61,435 nucleotides of DNA, taken from an uncultured Bacilli bacterium (GTDB lineage Bacteria; Bacillota_I; Bacilli_A; RF39; UBA660). The notes beneath the pieces were generated by a model. The model did not search any database, had not been told where the DNA came from, and saw nothing but the letters and a program-made list of their open reading frames with translations. Positions 19,205 to 29,469 of this stretch are shown piece by piece. The stretch lies in the NCBI GenBank assembly GCA_947626125.1, contig CANQRA010000002.1, positions 1-61,435 of the forward strand, in the 5' to 3' direction. Position numbers and translations under genes: made by a program. Position 1 is the first letter of the stretch. Each line of letters starts with the position of its first letter.

Positions 19205-20554
19205 TTACAATCTTTTTTTGGCATTTTCCATCATTCTTCTTTTTATATTCTCATCTAAATGAAATAATAAACCGTATCCTTTAGCTTCTAAATCTAGTTC
19301 GAGCCTTTGGTCTTCCCTTACTTTATGATAAAATTTACTGATTATTTTATACTGCATTTTATTTAAAGGTATTAAATTTTCTAAAAATAGCTCTACTAAT
19401 TCCGCCAAAGATAAGCTTAAATAAGTATTTTTTAAATATGCATAACTAATTACTACATCATTTCTAATGCCATAAGTTTTATATATTTTTCCTTGTTCCC
19501 TATCTAATAAAGCATTTTTAAATTGGTTAAACTTGCCCTTATCGGCTAAATAATATTTCATTTTTTCCCCTAAACTTAGTTTAATTAAAGGTATATCTTC
19601 TAAACAAACACCAAGAATAACCGCATAATCCATATCACTGTAATAATACTCCCCTAAAAGTTCTAAACCTAATAATTGGGATTCATTATAATCTAAATAA
19701 GGAAGCAAATATATATATTTACAAATATCTTCGGGATATATAGGCGTTCTTTTTAAATAATTAAGTCTCCCTTTTTCTTTTTTTCTGACCTTTTCATAAA
19801 TATTACTAAATAAGTCATTATCTGCATCTAATAACATTCTAATTTTTTCACAAGTTCTTCCATAATGATTTCCTATATTAGCTTTAGTACAATGAATTCT
19901 TGTGGCGATCATTTCTAGTGTACAATGTTCATCACTAATAACATGTTCATAAAAACAATAATAATGAAAAGGAGTTAAATAAATTCTTAAAACTAGTAAC
20001 AAATCATTACTACTTAATTTATCTAAATAGTTATCTTTACTAGGTACCGAAAAACTTTCTTCTAAAGGCACTAATGCAATATTCATATATCTTCTTAAAT
20101 AATTTAAATTATTTAAAGAAATATTTAATATTTGGCATAACTCTTCATCTGAAGGTAAGCTTTGTTCATGAACTTGACAATATTCAATAATTTGCAAGAA
20201 TTTTTTCTTAGCTAAAACAAGATATCTAGGTAATTTAATAAAATTATTCCTACAACTTAAATATTCTCTCATTTTATTAACAATACATACATTAAGATAA
20301 TTATGAAAGTTGCCTTTATCTAAGTTATAATGGTAAATAGCTTCGACTAAAGCCATATTACCCTCACTTATTAATTCTAATATTTCTGGTTCTTTTAAAT
20401 TTTTATTAAAATGCGTAGCTAGATAAAAAACAAGGCCTAAATTACCATGAATTAATTCTTCATAATCATGATTTTCTATATATTGTCTTTCTTCTATTTC
20501 AGATAATTTTCTATAACTACTAATTTCTTGTTTATACTTTTCTAACTCACTCAT
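19205..20554 (-). CDS. Degenerate sigma-70-family paralog with C-terminal extension (449 aa)
   Basis: Region 2-like LISEGNMALVEAIYHYNLDKGNFHNYLNVCIVNKMREYL. Region 4-like LTPFHYYCFYEHV...TLEMIATRIHCTKANIGNHYGRTCEKI. Extension shares the PI.P.DI.KYIYL plus HTH module with the two upstream paralogs. The start overlaps the upstream stop (ATGA at 20551-20554). Confidence 0.65.
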   Translation of the reverse strand: MSELEKYKQEISSYRKLSEIEERQYIENHDYEELIHGNLGLVFYLATHFNKNLKEPEILELISEGNMALVEAIYHYNLDKGNFHNYLNVCIVNKMREYLSCRNNFIKLPRYLVLAKKKFLQIIEYCQVHEQSLPSDEELCQILNISLNNLNYLRRYMNIALVPLEESFSVPSKDNYLDKLSSNDLLLVLRIYLTPFHYYCFYEHVISDEHCTLEMIATRIHCTKANIGNHYGRTCEKIRMLLDADNDLFSNIYEKVRKKEKGRLNYLKRTPIYPEDICKYIYLLPYLDYNESQLLGLELLGEYYYSDMDYAVILGVCLEDIPLIKLSLGEKMKYYLADKGKFNQFKNALLDREQGKIYKTYGIRNDVVISYAYLKNTYLSLSLAELVELFLENLIPLNKMQYKIISKFYHKVREDQRLELDLEAKGYGLLFHLDENIKRRMMENAKKRL

Positions 20555-22569
20555 TTTCTGTCCCTCTTTTTTAACTGTAACATAAGCAGTAAATCTTGCG
20601 TATCTTCATTTAAAGGTTCACCATGTAAATATTTTTCTAATAAACCTTCCTCTTCTAAAGATAAATTATAATTAATAGAATGAAAATAACTTATTAATTC
20701 ATCCAGAGTATATTGTTCAAATTCTCTAAAATTATACTTTAAAATTGGTTCTTCCATAATGGCAAAACGATATAATAACATTTTATAACGGTCTTCGGTC
20801 ATCCTAGCAAAACGAGCAAATATTTTTTCACTAACGAAACTTCCCATTATTTTACTTTGTAAAGAAGCATAAATCTTCTCTACTTCTTCTAACGGTAATT
20901 GAAGTATTTCGGCATACTCATAAATAGAATACTTGTTCATACTAAATAATTTTAAAGCATAAATAGTTCTTTCTTGTTCAGTTAATTGATATTTAACAAA
21001 TAAAAATTGTAAGATAGCTACTTTATCTAGGGGTTGGTCATCTAGGCCTGCAAATTTAACTCCATAGTTATTCTTTAATTCAGCTATTTTTTCTTTTAAA
21101 AGTCTTTGATTATTTTTTAAATATTCTCTTAATTTAGCCATTATTTTAGAACGATGTCGATAAATACTATCTTCATAAGAATTTAAATAGTTAGCAACTT
21201 GACTTAAATCATCAGGTTCATCTTTAAATACACAATTATAAATAATATAATAATCTAAGGGTGAAAGAATACTTTTTAAAAATAAATTAAATTCTCTTCT
21301 TTTTTCTTTATCTTCCGTTCCATCACTAGCTTTATAATAAGACATTGCCACATTTTTAATCGCATTTACATCAGGCATATTATCATCAATCCTAGTTATA
21401 GATTCAACTGTATTTACTTTAGCCCCAATAAAGTTATATATATTCATTCCATATCTTTGTAATAAATCGGTTTTAAAAAGAGTAAACTTATCATAATTAG
21501 CTAAGGCTTCTTCTAATTTTTTATTTAAACTTTCCTGACATTCTCTTACTTCATCTTTCGTTATATGTAATAATTTAGCATAATCTACTAAAGTAAAATT
21601 ATATTGACCAAATAAGCTTAACTGTAACATGTTCTTTTCTAATTCATTTAAATTATGCGCAACATATAAATATTTAATTATATCAATAGGTTCCACTGGT
21701 TCATCTTTAAATGTTCCCTGAAATTTTTCTTGCTTTATTTTCTTTAAAGCCACTTTATACTTATCACTGCTAAAGTCTAAATATTCTTTAATTTTATTTA
21801 ATGCATTTGCTTGTCTTTTACGAACTGACTCATGACTAACATTAAAATAAGAACCCATCGCGGTTAATGTTAAAGGATTATTTCTTAAAATACGGTTATA
21901 AATAATAAAGTATTCTATAGGCGATAAGACATATCTTAAAACTTGGATTAACTCAGCATTATATATATTATTTAAAAGACTATCTTCACTTATATTACTT
22001 TTATCTTCAATTACTTCATATAAAGGTTTACCATTAGAAGTAGAATTATCGATATCAAGAGTTATATTATGCATAATATTCATTAAACCATAATAAGATT
22101 CTTCCGTGATATTTAAAGCTTGGCAAACTTCTTCTTGACTAGGTTTTCCTAAGTGTTGATTGGCTCTATCTTGAAGATATTGCTGATATTTATTTTTTAA
22201 CCAAAATATTTCTGGTGTTTGACTAAATTCGGAATCATATTTAGCTAAATAATGTAAAATTCTTTGTTTTATCCGAAAAAATGCGTAAGTAGAAAAAGCC
22301 CCCTTTTCTGGATCATACTCTCTTGTCGCCGTTATTAAACCTAAATTTCCCTCTTGAATTAAGTCAAAAAAATTAATTACCGAACATCGAGAATAATATT
22401 TTTTGGCAATATTTACCACTAACCGCAAATTAGATTGGATTAATAAATCATATTTCTTTTCCCGCGCTAATTGCTTTTGTTCTTCAATGCTTAATATAGG
22501 GTAAGCCTTAATTTCTTGTAAATAAGCCTTAACACTATCAGACATTAAATAAGTTAAATCTTCCTCCAT
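20551..22569 (-). CDS. Sigma-70-family paralog with duplicated region-4 modules (672 aa)
   Basis: Region 1.2 YLQEIKAYPILSIEEQ. Region 2 NLRLVVNIAKKY...DLIQEGNLGLITATREYDPEKGAFSTYAFFRIKQRI. Region 4 LSPIEYFIIYNRI...LTAMGSYFNVSHESVRKRQANALNKI. A second copy reads LSPLDYYIIYNCV...LSQVANYLNSYEDSIYRHRSKIMAKL. Confidence 0.75.
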   Translation of the reverse strand: MEEDLTYLMSDSVKAYLQEIKAYPILSIEEQKQLAREKKYDLLIQSNLRLVVNIAKKYYSRCSVINFFDLIQEGNLGLITATREYDPEKGAFSTYAFFRIKQRILHYLAKYDSEFSQTPEIFWLKNKYQQYLQDRANQHLGKPSQEEVCQALNITEESYYGLMNIMHNITLDIDNSTSNGKPLYEVIEDKSNISEDSLLNNIYNAELIQVLRYVLSPIEYFIIYNRILRNNPLTLTAMGSYFNVSHESVRKRQANALNKIKEYLDFSSDKYKVALKKIKQEKFQGTFKDEPVEPIDIIKYLYVAHNLNELEKNMLQLSLFGQYNFTLVDYAKLLHITKDEVRECQESLNKKLEEALANYDKFTLFKTDLLQRYGMNIYNFIGAKVNTVESITRIDDNMPDVNAIKNVAMSYYKASDGTEDKEKRREFNLFLKSILSPLDYYIIYNCVFKDEPDDLSQVANYLNSYEDSIYRHRSKIMAKLREYLKNNQRLLKEKIAELKNNYGVKFAGLDDQPLDKVAILQFLFVKYQLTEQERTIYALKLFSMNKYSIYEYAEILQLPLEEVEKIYASLQSKIMGSFVSEKIFARFARMTEDRYKMLLYRFAIMEEPILKYNFREFEQYTLDELISYFHSINYNLSLEEEGLLEKYLHGEPLNEDTQDLLLMLQLKKRDRK

Positions 22570-22611
22570 TAATTCACCCCCAAAAAATATCTTTTATTAT
22601 AACGCTTTTTC

Positions 22612-25600
22612 TTAAAAAAATATACCTCTTTTTATATTTGTGGGAACTCGGCTATAAATATCTCTTTTCTTCATTTCTAAATCTAAATTATATAATAAAT
22701 TATAAACTTGTTTTACTTCCTCTTCCGTCATTAAATCTTCTTTATGAATATCATACATAGCTTCTAAACTTTTCACAGTCTTGCTTTTTAAATATTTACC
22801 ATAACGTTCTAATAATTTCATGGCTTCTTTTTTACTGGTTCTTTCCCAAACAAAAGCCTGTGGGTCCGAAGCTATAATTAAATCATTTAAAATAGTAGTT
22901 GGTAACTTCCCATCTTTATTACCATTATTAAGAAAATTACTATAAATATCTCTCTCTGTTTGTTCCATATATTCAATATTATTAATAAAATAGTCATAAA
23001 CATCCGCCGGAGTATATTGTCTTTTATAAACAATTCCCTCACTATATCTACCAAAAGCAATCTTTACATCGGTAATAATATTTTCTACAAATCTCTGTGG
23101 ACAATTTAAGCCTAATTCTTGGATAATTTTACTTGATGAAAGCTTTTCCCTACCATCCATGCCATAATATAAATCAAATATTTTTTTGGCAAGGACTTTA
23201 TCCCCATAATATGGAATGTCACCATTAGTAAAATTATGAGCATAATAATCATAATCAAAATGAAACCCAGGATTTTCTTTCAAACCTCTTAGTTTTAAAT
23301 GACTTCTTATTAAAATATTATCAATACATTCCCGATTCATATTGTATTTTTTAGCCAGGTCCGAAATACTCATGTCATTTTGATAATAATCGATTAATTT
23401 AGCTCGGTCCGGTGGACAAAAATATCTTAAGTATGGTTCAATATCCCGAGCATAATTTAAATAACCAGCAATTTCTCCTCTTAAATATTTTTGAATATTG
23501 ATGATAGCTTCGTAATAACTTTGCCGTATATTATTGGCTGTTACATCATAATATGTAGCTAAATCATCTATACTCATATAAGGATAACCAAAAAGGGAAA
23601 ATAAATGACATAAAATATCTTTCTCTCTTTTTTTAATTGGCACATGAATATCAGATAAAACTTCACTTAAAAGGGTGGGAGAAATAACTTCTTTAAATTG
23701 GGAAAGTTCAATACCAAAGCGATAACAATCTATGTCAAAGATAGTTTTATCAATAAGGTTATTAACACAAACTTCCGTAGAATGATAAAGCTTGGCAATA
23801 TCACTAACAGACATATTATCATCTAAATAATGCATTAAGATATAATAATTCTTCGCTTCTAAAGGAACTTTACCCTCCTTTATATAAGACAAATAAAGTT
23901 GTTTATTAAGTTCACTTTTATAACCTATTCCACAGTAAATCTTTTTACATTTATAAATTAATTGATAAATAATCCGCCGAACTTCATCTTCAGATATATT
24001 AAAAATCTCGGCAATTTCCCTTCTTGTATGTTCAGGGCCATTAACCCCAAAATATAAATCTAACATTTGAATATTTTGTTCACTAAATTTATCCCTAAAA
24101 TTCGTTTTAATTTCTAGCCATTTTTCTTTAGTAGATACAAATCTATAATCAATATGATAATATAATTTTTCTAATTTATTTATTAAATATTTTCTAATTT
24201 TACTTACCATAGAATTAGGATAAGCTTGGTTAAAGACATCTTTAGGAATAACATTAAAAACGTAAGCTTCTAAATATAGTTGTTGTTCTTCATTAAACTC
24301 TTTTCGATTAGCTAAAAAAGTTTGATATACTTTAGGAGGCAAATAGTTATAATCAGCATAATAAATAGTTGTATTAATATCTTTTTCAATTTCTTTCCCC
24401 GGTAAAATTTGCTCTTTTGGCGTGGAAAAGAACTTTTGCAATAAAGCTAATTCATTTTCTTGAAGGGTATAATTAACATCTTCAAAATATTGTAATACTT
24501 CTTCTAAAGATAAATTAGCATATTTTTCATCTAAATCATTATAGTTTATCGGATTTTCTTGCGCTAAATGTTGACTCATAAAATAATTAGCAAAGATGGC
24601 TGTTTTCCATGTCTTTAGCAAACTATCTTTAAAATCATTGTAAGGAGCAACATCTTGAAACTTAGCATTAATTTTTTGGGTTAGACTAACACATATATCT
24701 TTGGCTTCCTTTACAGTAATGTTTAAATGAAAGGCTACATCATCCATGCTATATGCATAGCCACTTAAAAAAATTAATTTGTACATTTCTTTTTCTAAAG
24801 GAAGTAAATCATTTTCTAAATAAATATATTTAACTATATCATATGGGGAGATTGGTGTAGTTTTATATTTTTCTATAAAGCCTTTTTCTTTTAGCCTTTG
24901 ATAAGCAGCCAAGTAAACAGAACTATCTTCTTTAATATATTTTTTAGCTATGGTTAAGGCTTTTTTCTCAATTTGTCTAACTCTTTCTCTAGTTATATGA
25001 AAAACTTTTCCTACTTCTTCCAAAGTTTTTTCTTCATCACCTAACCACCGTTCATATAAGACATAGTATTCTAAAGGGGTTAAGATGCTTTTTAATACTT
25101 TTTTTAAATCATCGCTAACAATAGTATCAAGAATATTCTCATAATTAGAACTATTTTCATCAGGGATGACATCTGATAATTCTGAATCATTATCATCGTT
25201 AATAGGTAGATTAATACTTATTGTTCTTTGCCCCAGGGCATACATTAAAGATGTATATTGAGCTGGCGTTATTTTTAAAGATGCCATTATTTCTTCTTCA
25301 GTTAAATTGATACCTCTTTGACTTGCATCTTGCATTAAACGTTTATATTTCCCTATTAATAAATTCACATGAATAGGTACCCTAATGGTTTTATCTTGCC
25401 CATATTTCGCCCGAGTAATTGCTTGTCTAATCCACGGAACAGCATAAGTCGAAAAAGCCCCTTTCTCGGGATTATATGTTTCAACCGCGCGCATTAAACC
25501 AATATTACCTTCTTGAATAATATCTAAGATATTTAAATGTTTTAAACTTCGAGCATAATAATAGGCAACTTTAACAACTAAGCGGAGATTACTATTTATT

Positions 25601-25770
25601 AAAGTAGTTCTGTCTCCTTTTGCCCAAGCTTCTCTTTGCTCCTCAGCACTTAATAATGGATATGCCGAAATACTATTAATATACATTCTTAAAGAATCAT
25701 TAGTAAAATAGTTTAGTACTTCTTCATCACTAATATTTTCAATCTCTTCAATCTTTTCAATTTCCATCAT
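22612..25770 (-). CDS. SigA-like sigma-70 factor fused to a C-terminal multi-HTH extension of about 770 aa (1052 aa)
   Basis: aa 20-280 form a complete sigma. Region 1.2: MYINSISAYPLLSAEEQ. Regions 2.1-2.4: NLRLVVKVAYYY...DIIQEGNIGLMRAVETYNPEKGAFSTYAVPWIRQAITRA. Region 3.0: TIRVPIHV. Region 4.2: TLEEVGKVFHITRERVRQIEKKAL. At least six further region-4-like HTH segments follow. Confidence 0.85.
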   Translation of the reverse strand: MMEIEKIEEIENISDEEVLNYFTNDSLRMYINSISAYPLLSAEEQREAWAKGDRTTLINSNLRLVVKVAYYYARSLKHLNILDIIQEGNIGLMRAVETYNPEKGAFSTYAVPWIRQAITRAKYGQDKTIRVPIHVNLLIGKYKRLMQDASQRGINLTEEEIMASLKITPAQYTSLMYALGQRTISINLPINDDNDSELSDVIPDENSSNYENILDTIVSDDLKKVLKSILTPLEYYVLYERWLGDEEKTLEEVGKVFHITRERVRQIEKKALTIAKKYIKEDSSVYLAAYQRLKEKGFIEKYKTTPISPYDIVKYIYLENDLLPLEKEMYKLIFLSGYAYSMDDVAFHLNITVKEAKDICVSLTQKINAKFQDVAPYNDFKDSLLKTWKTAIFANYFMSQHLAQENPINYNDLDEKYANLSLEEVLQYFEDVNYTLQENELALLQKFFSTPKEQILPGKEIEKDINTTIYYADYNYLPPKVYQTFLANRKEFNEEQQLYLEAYVFNVIPKDVFNQAYPNSMVSKIRKYLINKLEKLYYHIDYRFVSTKEKWLEIKTNFRDKFSEQNIQMLDLYFGVNGPEHTRREIAEIFNISEDEVRRIIYQLIYKCKKIYCGIGYKSELNKQLYLSYIKEGKVPLEAKNYYILMHYLDDNMSVSDIAKLYHSTEVCVNNLIDKTIFDIDCYRFGIELSQFKEVISPTLLSEVLSDIHVPIKKREKDILCHLFSLFGYPYMSIDDLATYYDVTANNIRQSYYEAIINIQKYLRGEIAGYLNYARDIEPYLRYFCPPDRAKLIDYYQNDMSISDLAKKYNMNRECIDNILIRSHLKLRGLKENPGFHFDYDYYAHNFTNGDIPYYGDKVLAKKIFDLYYGMDGREKLSSSKIIQELGLNCPQRFVENIITDVKIAFGRYSEGIVYKRQYTPADVYDYFINNIEYMEQTERDIYSNFLNNGNKDGKLPTTILNDLIIASDPQAFVWERTSKKEAMKLLERYGKYLKSKTVKSLEAMYDIHKEDLMTEEEVKQVYNLLYNLDLEMKKRDIYSRVPTNIKRGIFF

Positions 25771-25792
25771 TATATCACCGCGAATGCCTACT

Positions 25793-25801
25793 ATTATAAC
25801 A
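25793..25801 (-). promoter_or_regulatory. Extended -10 promoter element upstream of the giant sigma gene
   Basis: Minus strand reads TGTTATAAT (TGnTATAAT) about 25 nt upstream of the ATG. The -35 is weak. Confidence 0.5.
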
Positions 25802-25837
25802 GATATTAACGAAAAAAAATAGATGTTTTTTTAACAC

Positions 25838-26644
25838 CTACTTATTAACTATTTCCAAATACTCTCCCGGAACTTTTATATCCTTTTTGTCATATTCTTT
25901 TTTTAAATAGCCCAAGAAATCACGACTAATTTGAAAATGGCTTTCTGGTTTACAATCAATTTCCACTTTATAAATATAATTGTTGGCATTTAATTTTTCA
26001 ATGCCTAATAATTTAATATCTTTAACATCTTTTAATTTTAGCATTTCTTTATTAACATTGTTTAGAATTTTTTCCCAAGTATCAATGGCAACACTTTTAC
26101 TTACCGGAATTTCTAAATAAAGAACTGTATCATACATACTATGATTAATAACACTTGTTATCATACTATTATTAATAATCATTACTTCCCCTGTATATGA
26201 TTTTATCTTCGTAGTTTGTAAGCCTAAATCAATTACTTCTCCCCGAAATCCATTAATGGTAACAACATCACCTTGCATATAATGATTATCAAAGATAATG
26301 GCTATCCCCGATAATAAATTTTTTAAGGTATCTTGAAAAGCTAAGCCAATAATAGCACCCGCGATACCTAAGGAAGCAATAATACTTGTTGTTTTAACCC
26401 CATAAACATTAAGAATAGCTAAAATAGTTATAATGGCAATAATATATTTAAGAATACTTTTAAATAAATTAATAATTGTTTGTTCTCTTTTAATTTGCAC
26501 TTCTTTTTTTATCTTCGTTCTTTTATTCATAACTAATACTTTATTGATAATTTTGCATAACAAACCATAAATAATCAGGGCAATTAAAACATAAATAATG
26601 GGTAAATAGACTTCTTTAATTAATATTTTTTTCAACATAGTCAA
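25838..26644 (-). CDS. mscS: Small-conductance mechanosensitive channel (MscS family)
   Basis: 268 aa. Three N-terminal TM helices, then the MscS beta-domain pattern GDVVTINGFRGEVIDLGLQTTKIKSYTGEVMIINNS. Confidence 0.85.
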   Translation of the reverse strand: MTMLKKILIKEVYLPIIYVLIALIIYGLLCKIINKVLVMNKRTKIKKEVQIKREQTIINLFKSILKYIIAIITILAILNVYGVKTTSIIASLGIAGAIIGLAFQDTLKNLLSGIAIIFDNHYMQGDVVTINGFRGEVIDLGLQTTKIKSYTGEVMIINNSMITSVINHSMYDTVLYLEIPVSKSVAIDTWEKILNNVNKEMLKLKDVKDIKLLGIEKLNANNYIYKVEIDCKPESHFQISRDFLGYLKKEYDKKDIKVPGEYLEIVNK

Positions 26645-26658
26645 TTAAAAAAATAGAC

Positions 26659-27312
26659 TTAGCTATTTTTTTTCTTTCCTTTCTTTTTTGTTTCTTTTTT
26701 TTCGATAAATTCTACTTCTTCCACTTCTTCTGGTTTTTCTTTTTCTTTAACTTCTAATTTAGTTTCTATTTCATCATCATCACTTATTTTTACTTCATTA
26801 CTATCATCTTTATAAATAAAGTAGCTAATAATATCAATTAAACCATAAATGACCATAAATAAGCCCAATATTTTAAGGGGTAAATTAGAGTTAACGATTG
26901 TATAAATGCCACATACGATAAAAGCTAAACCAACAACAATTAAAGCATAGAATTTACTGCCTCGGTCAGTTGTATAAAATGTGGCAAATATTTTACTAAT
27001 ACCAATTAATAAAATATAAATACCTATAACAAATCTTAGTATTAATTCAAGAGTACCCGCTAAAAAAATAAATAGAATACCTAAAATAATAGAAGTAACA
27101 CCAAAAGCCATTTCATTACGATTAACTACTTTTAAATTTTTATCTTTAATATAATAATTTGCTACTTTATAAAGACCAATTAAAATTAAAACACCCCCAA
27201 CAACATAAGAAATAGTTTTAACAAATACATCCGGATTAGTAAATAAAATAATACCTACTACTAAAAAAATCAAACCTCCTGTTAACGAAACCTTATTTTT
27301 CATGATAACCAC
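26659..27312 (-). CDS. HdeD/DUF308-like membrane protein with Lys/Glu-rich tail
   Basis: 217 aa. Six TM helices in repeated pairs (GGVLILIGLYKV, GILFIFLAG, GIYILLIGISKIF, VCGIYTIV). Acidic/basic C-terminal tail. Confidence 0.5.
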   Translation of the reverse strand: MVIMKNKVSLTGGLIFLVVGIILFTNPDVFVKTISYVVGGVLILIGLYKVANYYIKDKNLKVVNRNEMAFGVTSIILGILFIFLAGTLELILRFVIGIYILLIGISKIFATFYTTDRGSKFYALIVVGLAFIVCGIYTIVNSNLPLKILGLFMVIYGLIDIISYFIYKDDSNEVKISDDDEIETKLEVKEKEKPEEVEEVEFIEKKETKKKGKKKNS

Positions 27313-27379
27313 CTTTCAGTATTATTATACAATAAATAAAGAGGTAACAAAAGATTTTTTATTTCATTTTATAAATATT

Positions 27380-28234
27380 TTATTTTACTTGCCTTTTAAT
27401 AAGGCGAGCATGAACAACAATTCTAGTTCCCTTATTATCATAACAAGTAGATAAAGTTAATATATTATCATCATTACCCACATAAGTATTAAAATCATAA
27501 ATGCTTCTATTTTTAATGGTATCAATAAAATTAGTAAATAAAGAATCTTTTTTAAAGACGGTGGTTATATAATAACTTTCTTCTTTTATTTTATAAACAC
27601 TAAAAACTTGCCAAATAGTATTTTCTTTTTCATTAGACATTTTAATTAAATGTTTACTTTTATCATTATAATAACCCTTATTAAGTAAATTTTTTAAACT
27701 GGAAAACATGGTACCATCTTTTCTACTATGACCATAGATAATCGTGTTCTTACCAAAGGTATAAGCATCATTCCGATAATCCATAAATACCCAACCTACA
27801 CTATTATAACTTTTATCATAAGAATGATTTAAATAAAATTTATTATCGGTTGTTTGTAAAATAGGATATTGAATTTTGGTACCTAACACATCTATATAGC
27901 CAACAACTTCATCATTTTTTTTCTTTAATTCATCAAAGGCGACATTAATAAATGGCTCTTGAACATAATTATAATAACTATCATTCACATCTTCAGGAGG
28001 ATTTACTAATTCATATTTACCGGCTTCATTAAATACTTGGTCATCTTGCTCATTTGTTATAGTCCCATCTTCTTCCGTTATAATGGTGGAATTCATAATA
28101 TCATTATAGATATCTTTATTTTTTTTATTTTCATATATCCATTTACCAATGTTAAATAAACAAATGATGCCAACGATAATAGAAAAAGATAAAATTATTT
28201 TAAAAATCGTATTTTTCATCATTTCACCTATCAT
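27380..28234 (-). CDS. srtB: Class B sortase
   Basis: 284 aa. N-terminal anchor, IIYGHS (His), TLSTCY (TLxTC Cys), VVHARL (Arg). Confidence 0.8.
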   Translation of the reverse strand: MIGEMMKNTIFKIILSFSIIVGIICLFNIGKWIYENKKNKDIYNDIMNSTIITEEDGTITNEQDDQVFNEAGKYELVNPPEDVNDSYYNYVQEPFINVAFDELKKKNDEVVGYIDVLGTKIQYPILQTTDNKFYLNHSYDKSYNSVGWVFMDYRNDAYTFGKNTIIYGHSRKDGTMFSSLKNLLNKGYYNDKSKHLIKMSNEKENTIWQVFSVYKIKEESYYITTVFKKDSLFTNFIDTIKNRSIYDFNTYVGNDDNILTLSTCYDNKGTRIVVHARLIKRQVK

Positions 28235-28313
28235 TATTATGAAGCAAAAACATTATTCTATTAAATAATAATGATAATTTTTTTAATTTTTGATAAAATA
28301 ATGCTAAGGTGAT

Positions 28314-29444
28314 ATGGTGAAGAAAATGATTATTATAATATTAGTTATTCTTTTAATTGGATTGTATTTTTCATTTAACAAATCTTCTCTTAAACAAAAG
28401 TTAGATGATAATAAAGAACAAGATAAGACGGAAGATATATTTAGTAACTACTATGAACAAGCTGAAAGTTTATTAAATACCTTAACTATCGATAATAAAA
28501 TTAGTCAATTATTATTAGTAAGACATCCCAGTAGTAATGATTTAGAGATTCAAAAAGAATATCAATTTGGGGGTTATGTTTTCTTTGGTAGTGATTTTAA
28601 AAATAAAACCAAAGAAGAAGTTATAAAAATGATTAGTGATTTACAAAATGTTTCTAATATTCCTTTAATTACAGCAATAGATGAAGAAGGAGGAACAGTA
28701 TCTAGAATTAGTAGCAATAAAAATTTAGTTGATACACCTTTTTTATCACCTCAAGATTTATATCAAGATGGAGGATTTCAAAAAATATATGATGATGTTA
28801 TTTTCAAAAGTAGTGTTTTAGAGGCTCTTGGTTTAAATTTAAACTTTGCTCCCGTAGTGGATGTATCTACCAATGTTAATGATTATATGTATAAAAGAAG
28901 TCTAGGCATGGATACAGAACATACAAGTATTTATGCTAAAACCGTTATTGAAGCAAGTAAAAAAGGAAATGTTTCTTATACTTTAAAACACTTCCCTGGT
29001 TATGGCAATAACATCGATACTCATATATCATCTTCCATCGATAAGAAAAGTTATGAAGAAATAATGAAATACGATATACCCCCTTTTATTGAAGGAATTA
29101 AAGCAGGGGCAGAAGCTGTCATGGTTAGTCATAATATCGTGGAAGCCATCGATAAAGAAAATCCCGCGAGCATATCTTTAAAAGTACATGAATTACTTTT
29201 AAATGAATTAAATTTTAAAGGAGTAATTATTACGGATGATATAAGTATGGGAGCTTTAAATAATATTAAAGATATTGAAGTAACCGCGATTAAAGCTCAT
29301 AATAACTTCTTAATTACAAGTGACTATCAAAAAAGTTTTAATAATATCAAAGAAGCTTATAACAATAACATCATTAGTGAAGAAGAAATAGATGCCCTAG
29401 TTTTAAAAAACTTAGCTTGGAAGTACTATAAACACCTTATCTAA
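28314..29444 (+). CDS. Glycoside hydrolase family 3 N-terminal domain protein (beta-N-acetylhexosaminidase-like), membrane anchored
   Basis: 376 aa. AIDEEGGTVSR, KHFPGYG, IITDDISMGA. Confidence 0.8.
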   Translation: MVKKMIIIILVILLIGLYFSFNKSSLKQKLDDNKEQDKTEDIFSNYYEQAESLLNTLTIDNKISQLLLVRHPSSNDLEIQKEYQFGGYVFFGSDFKNKTKEEVIKMISDLQNVSNIPLITAIDEEGGTVSRISSNKNLVDTPFLSPQDLYQDGGFQKIYDDVIFKSSVLEALGLNLNFAPVVDVSTNVNDYMYKRSLGMDTEHTSIYAKTVIEASKKGNVSYTLKHFPGYGNNIDTHISSSIDKKSYEEIMKYDIPPFIEGIKAGAEAVMVSHNIVEAIDKENPASISLKVHELLLNELNFKGVIITDDISMGALNNIKDIEVTAIKAHNNFLITSDYQKSFNNIKEAYNNNIISEEEIDALVLKNLAWKYYKHLI

Positions 29445-29469
29445 CATATCCTTTATTAGGTGATTATAT

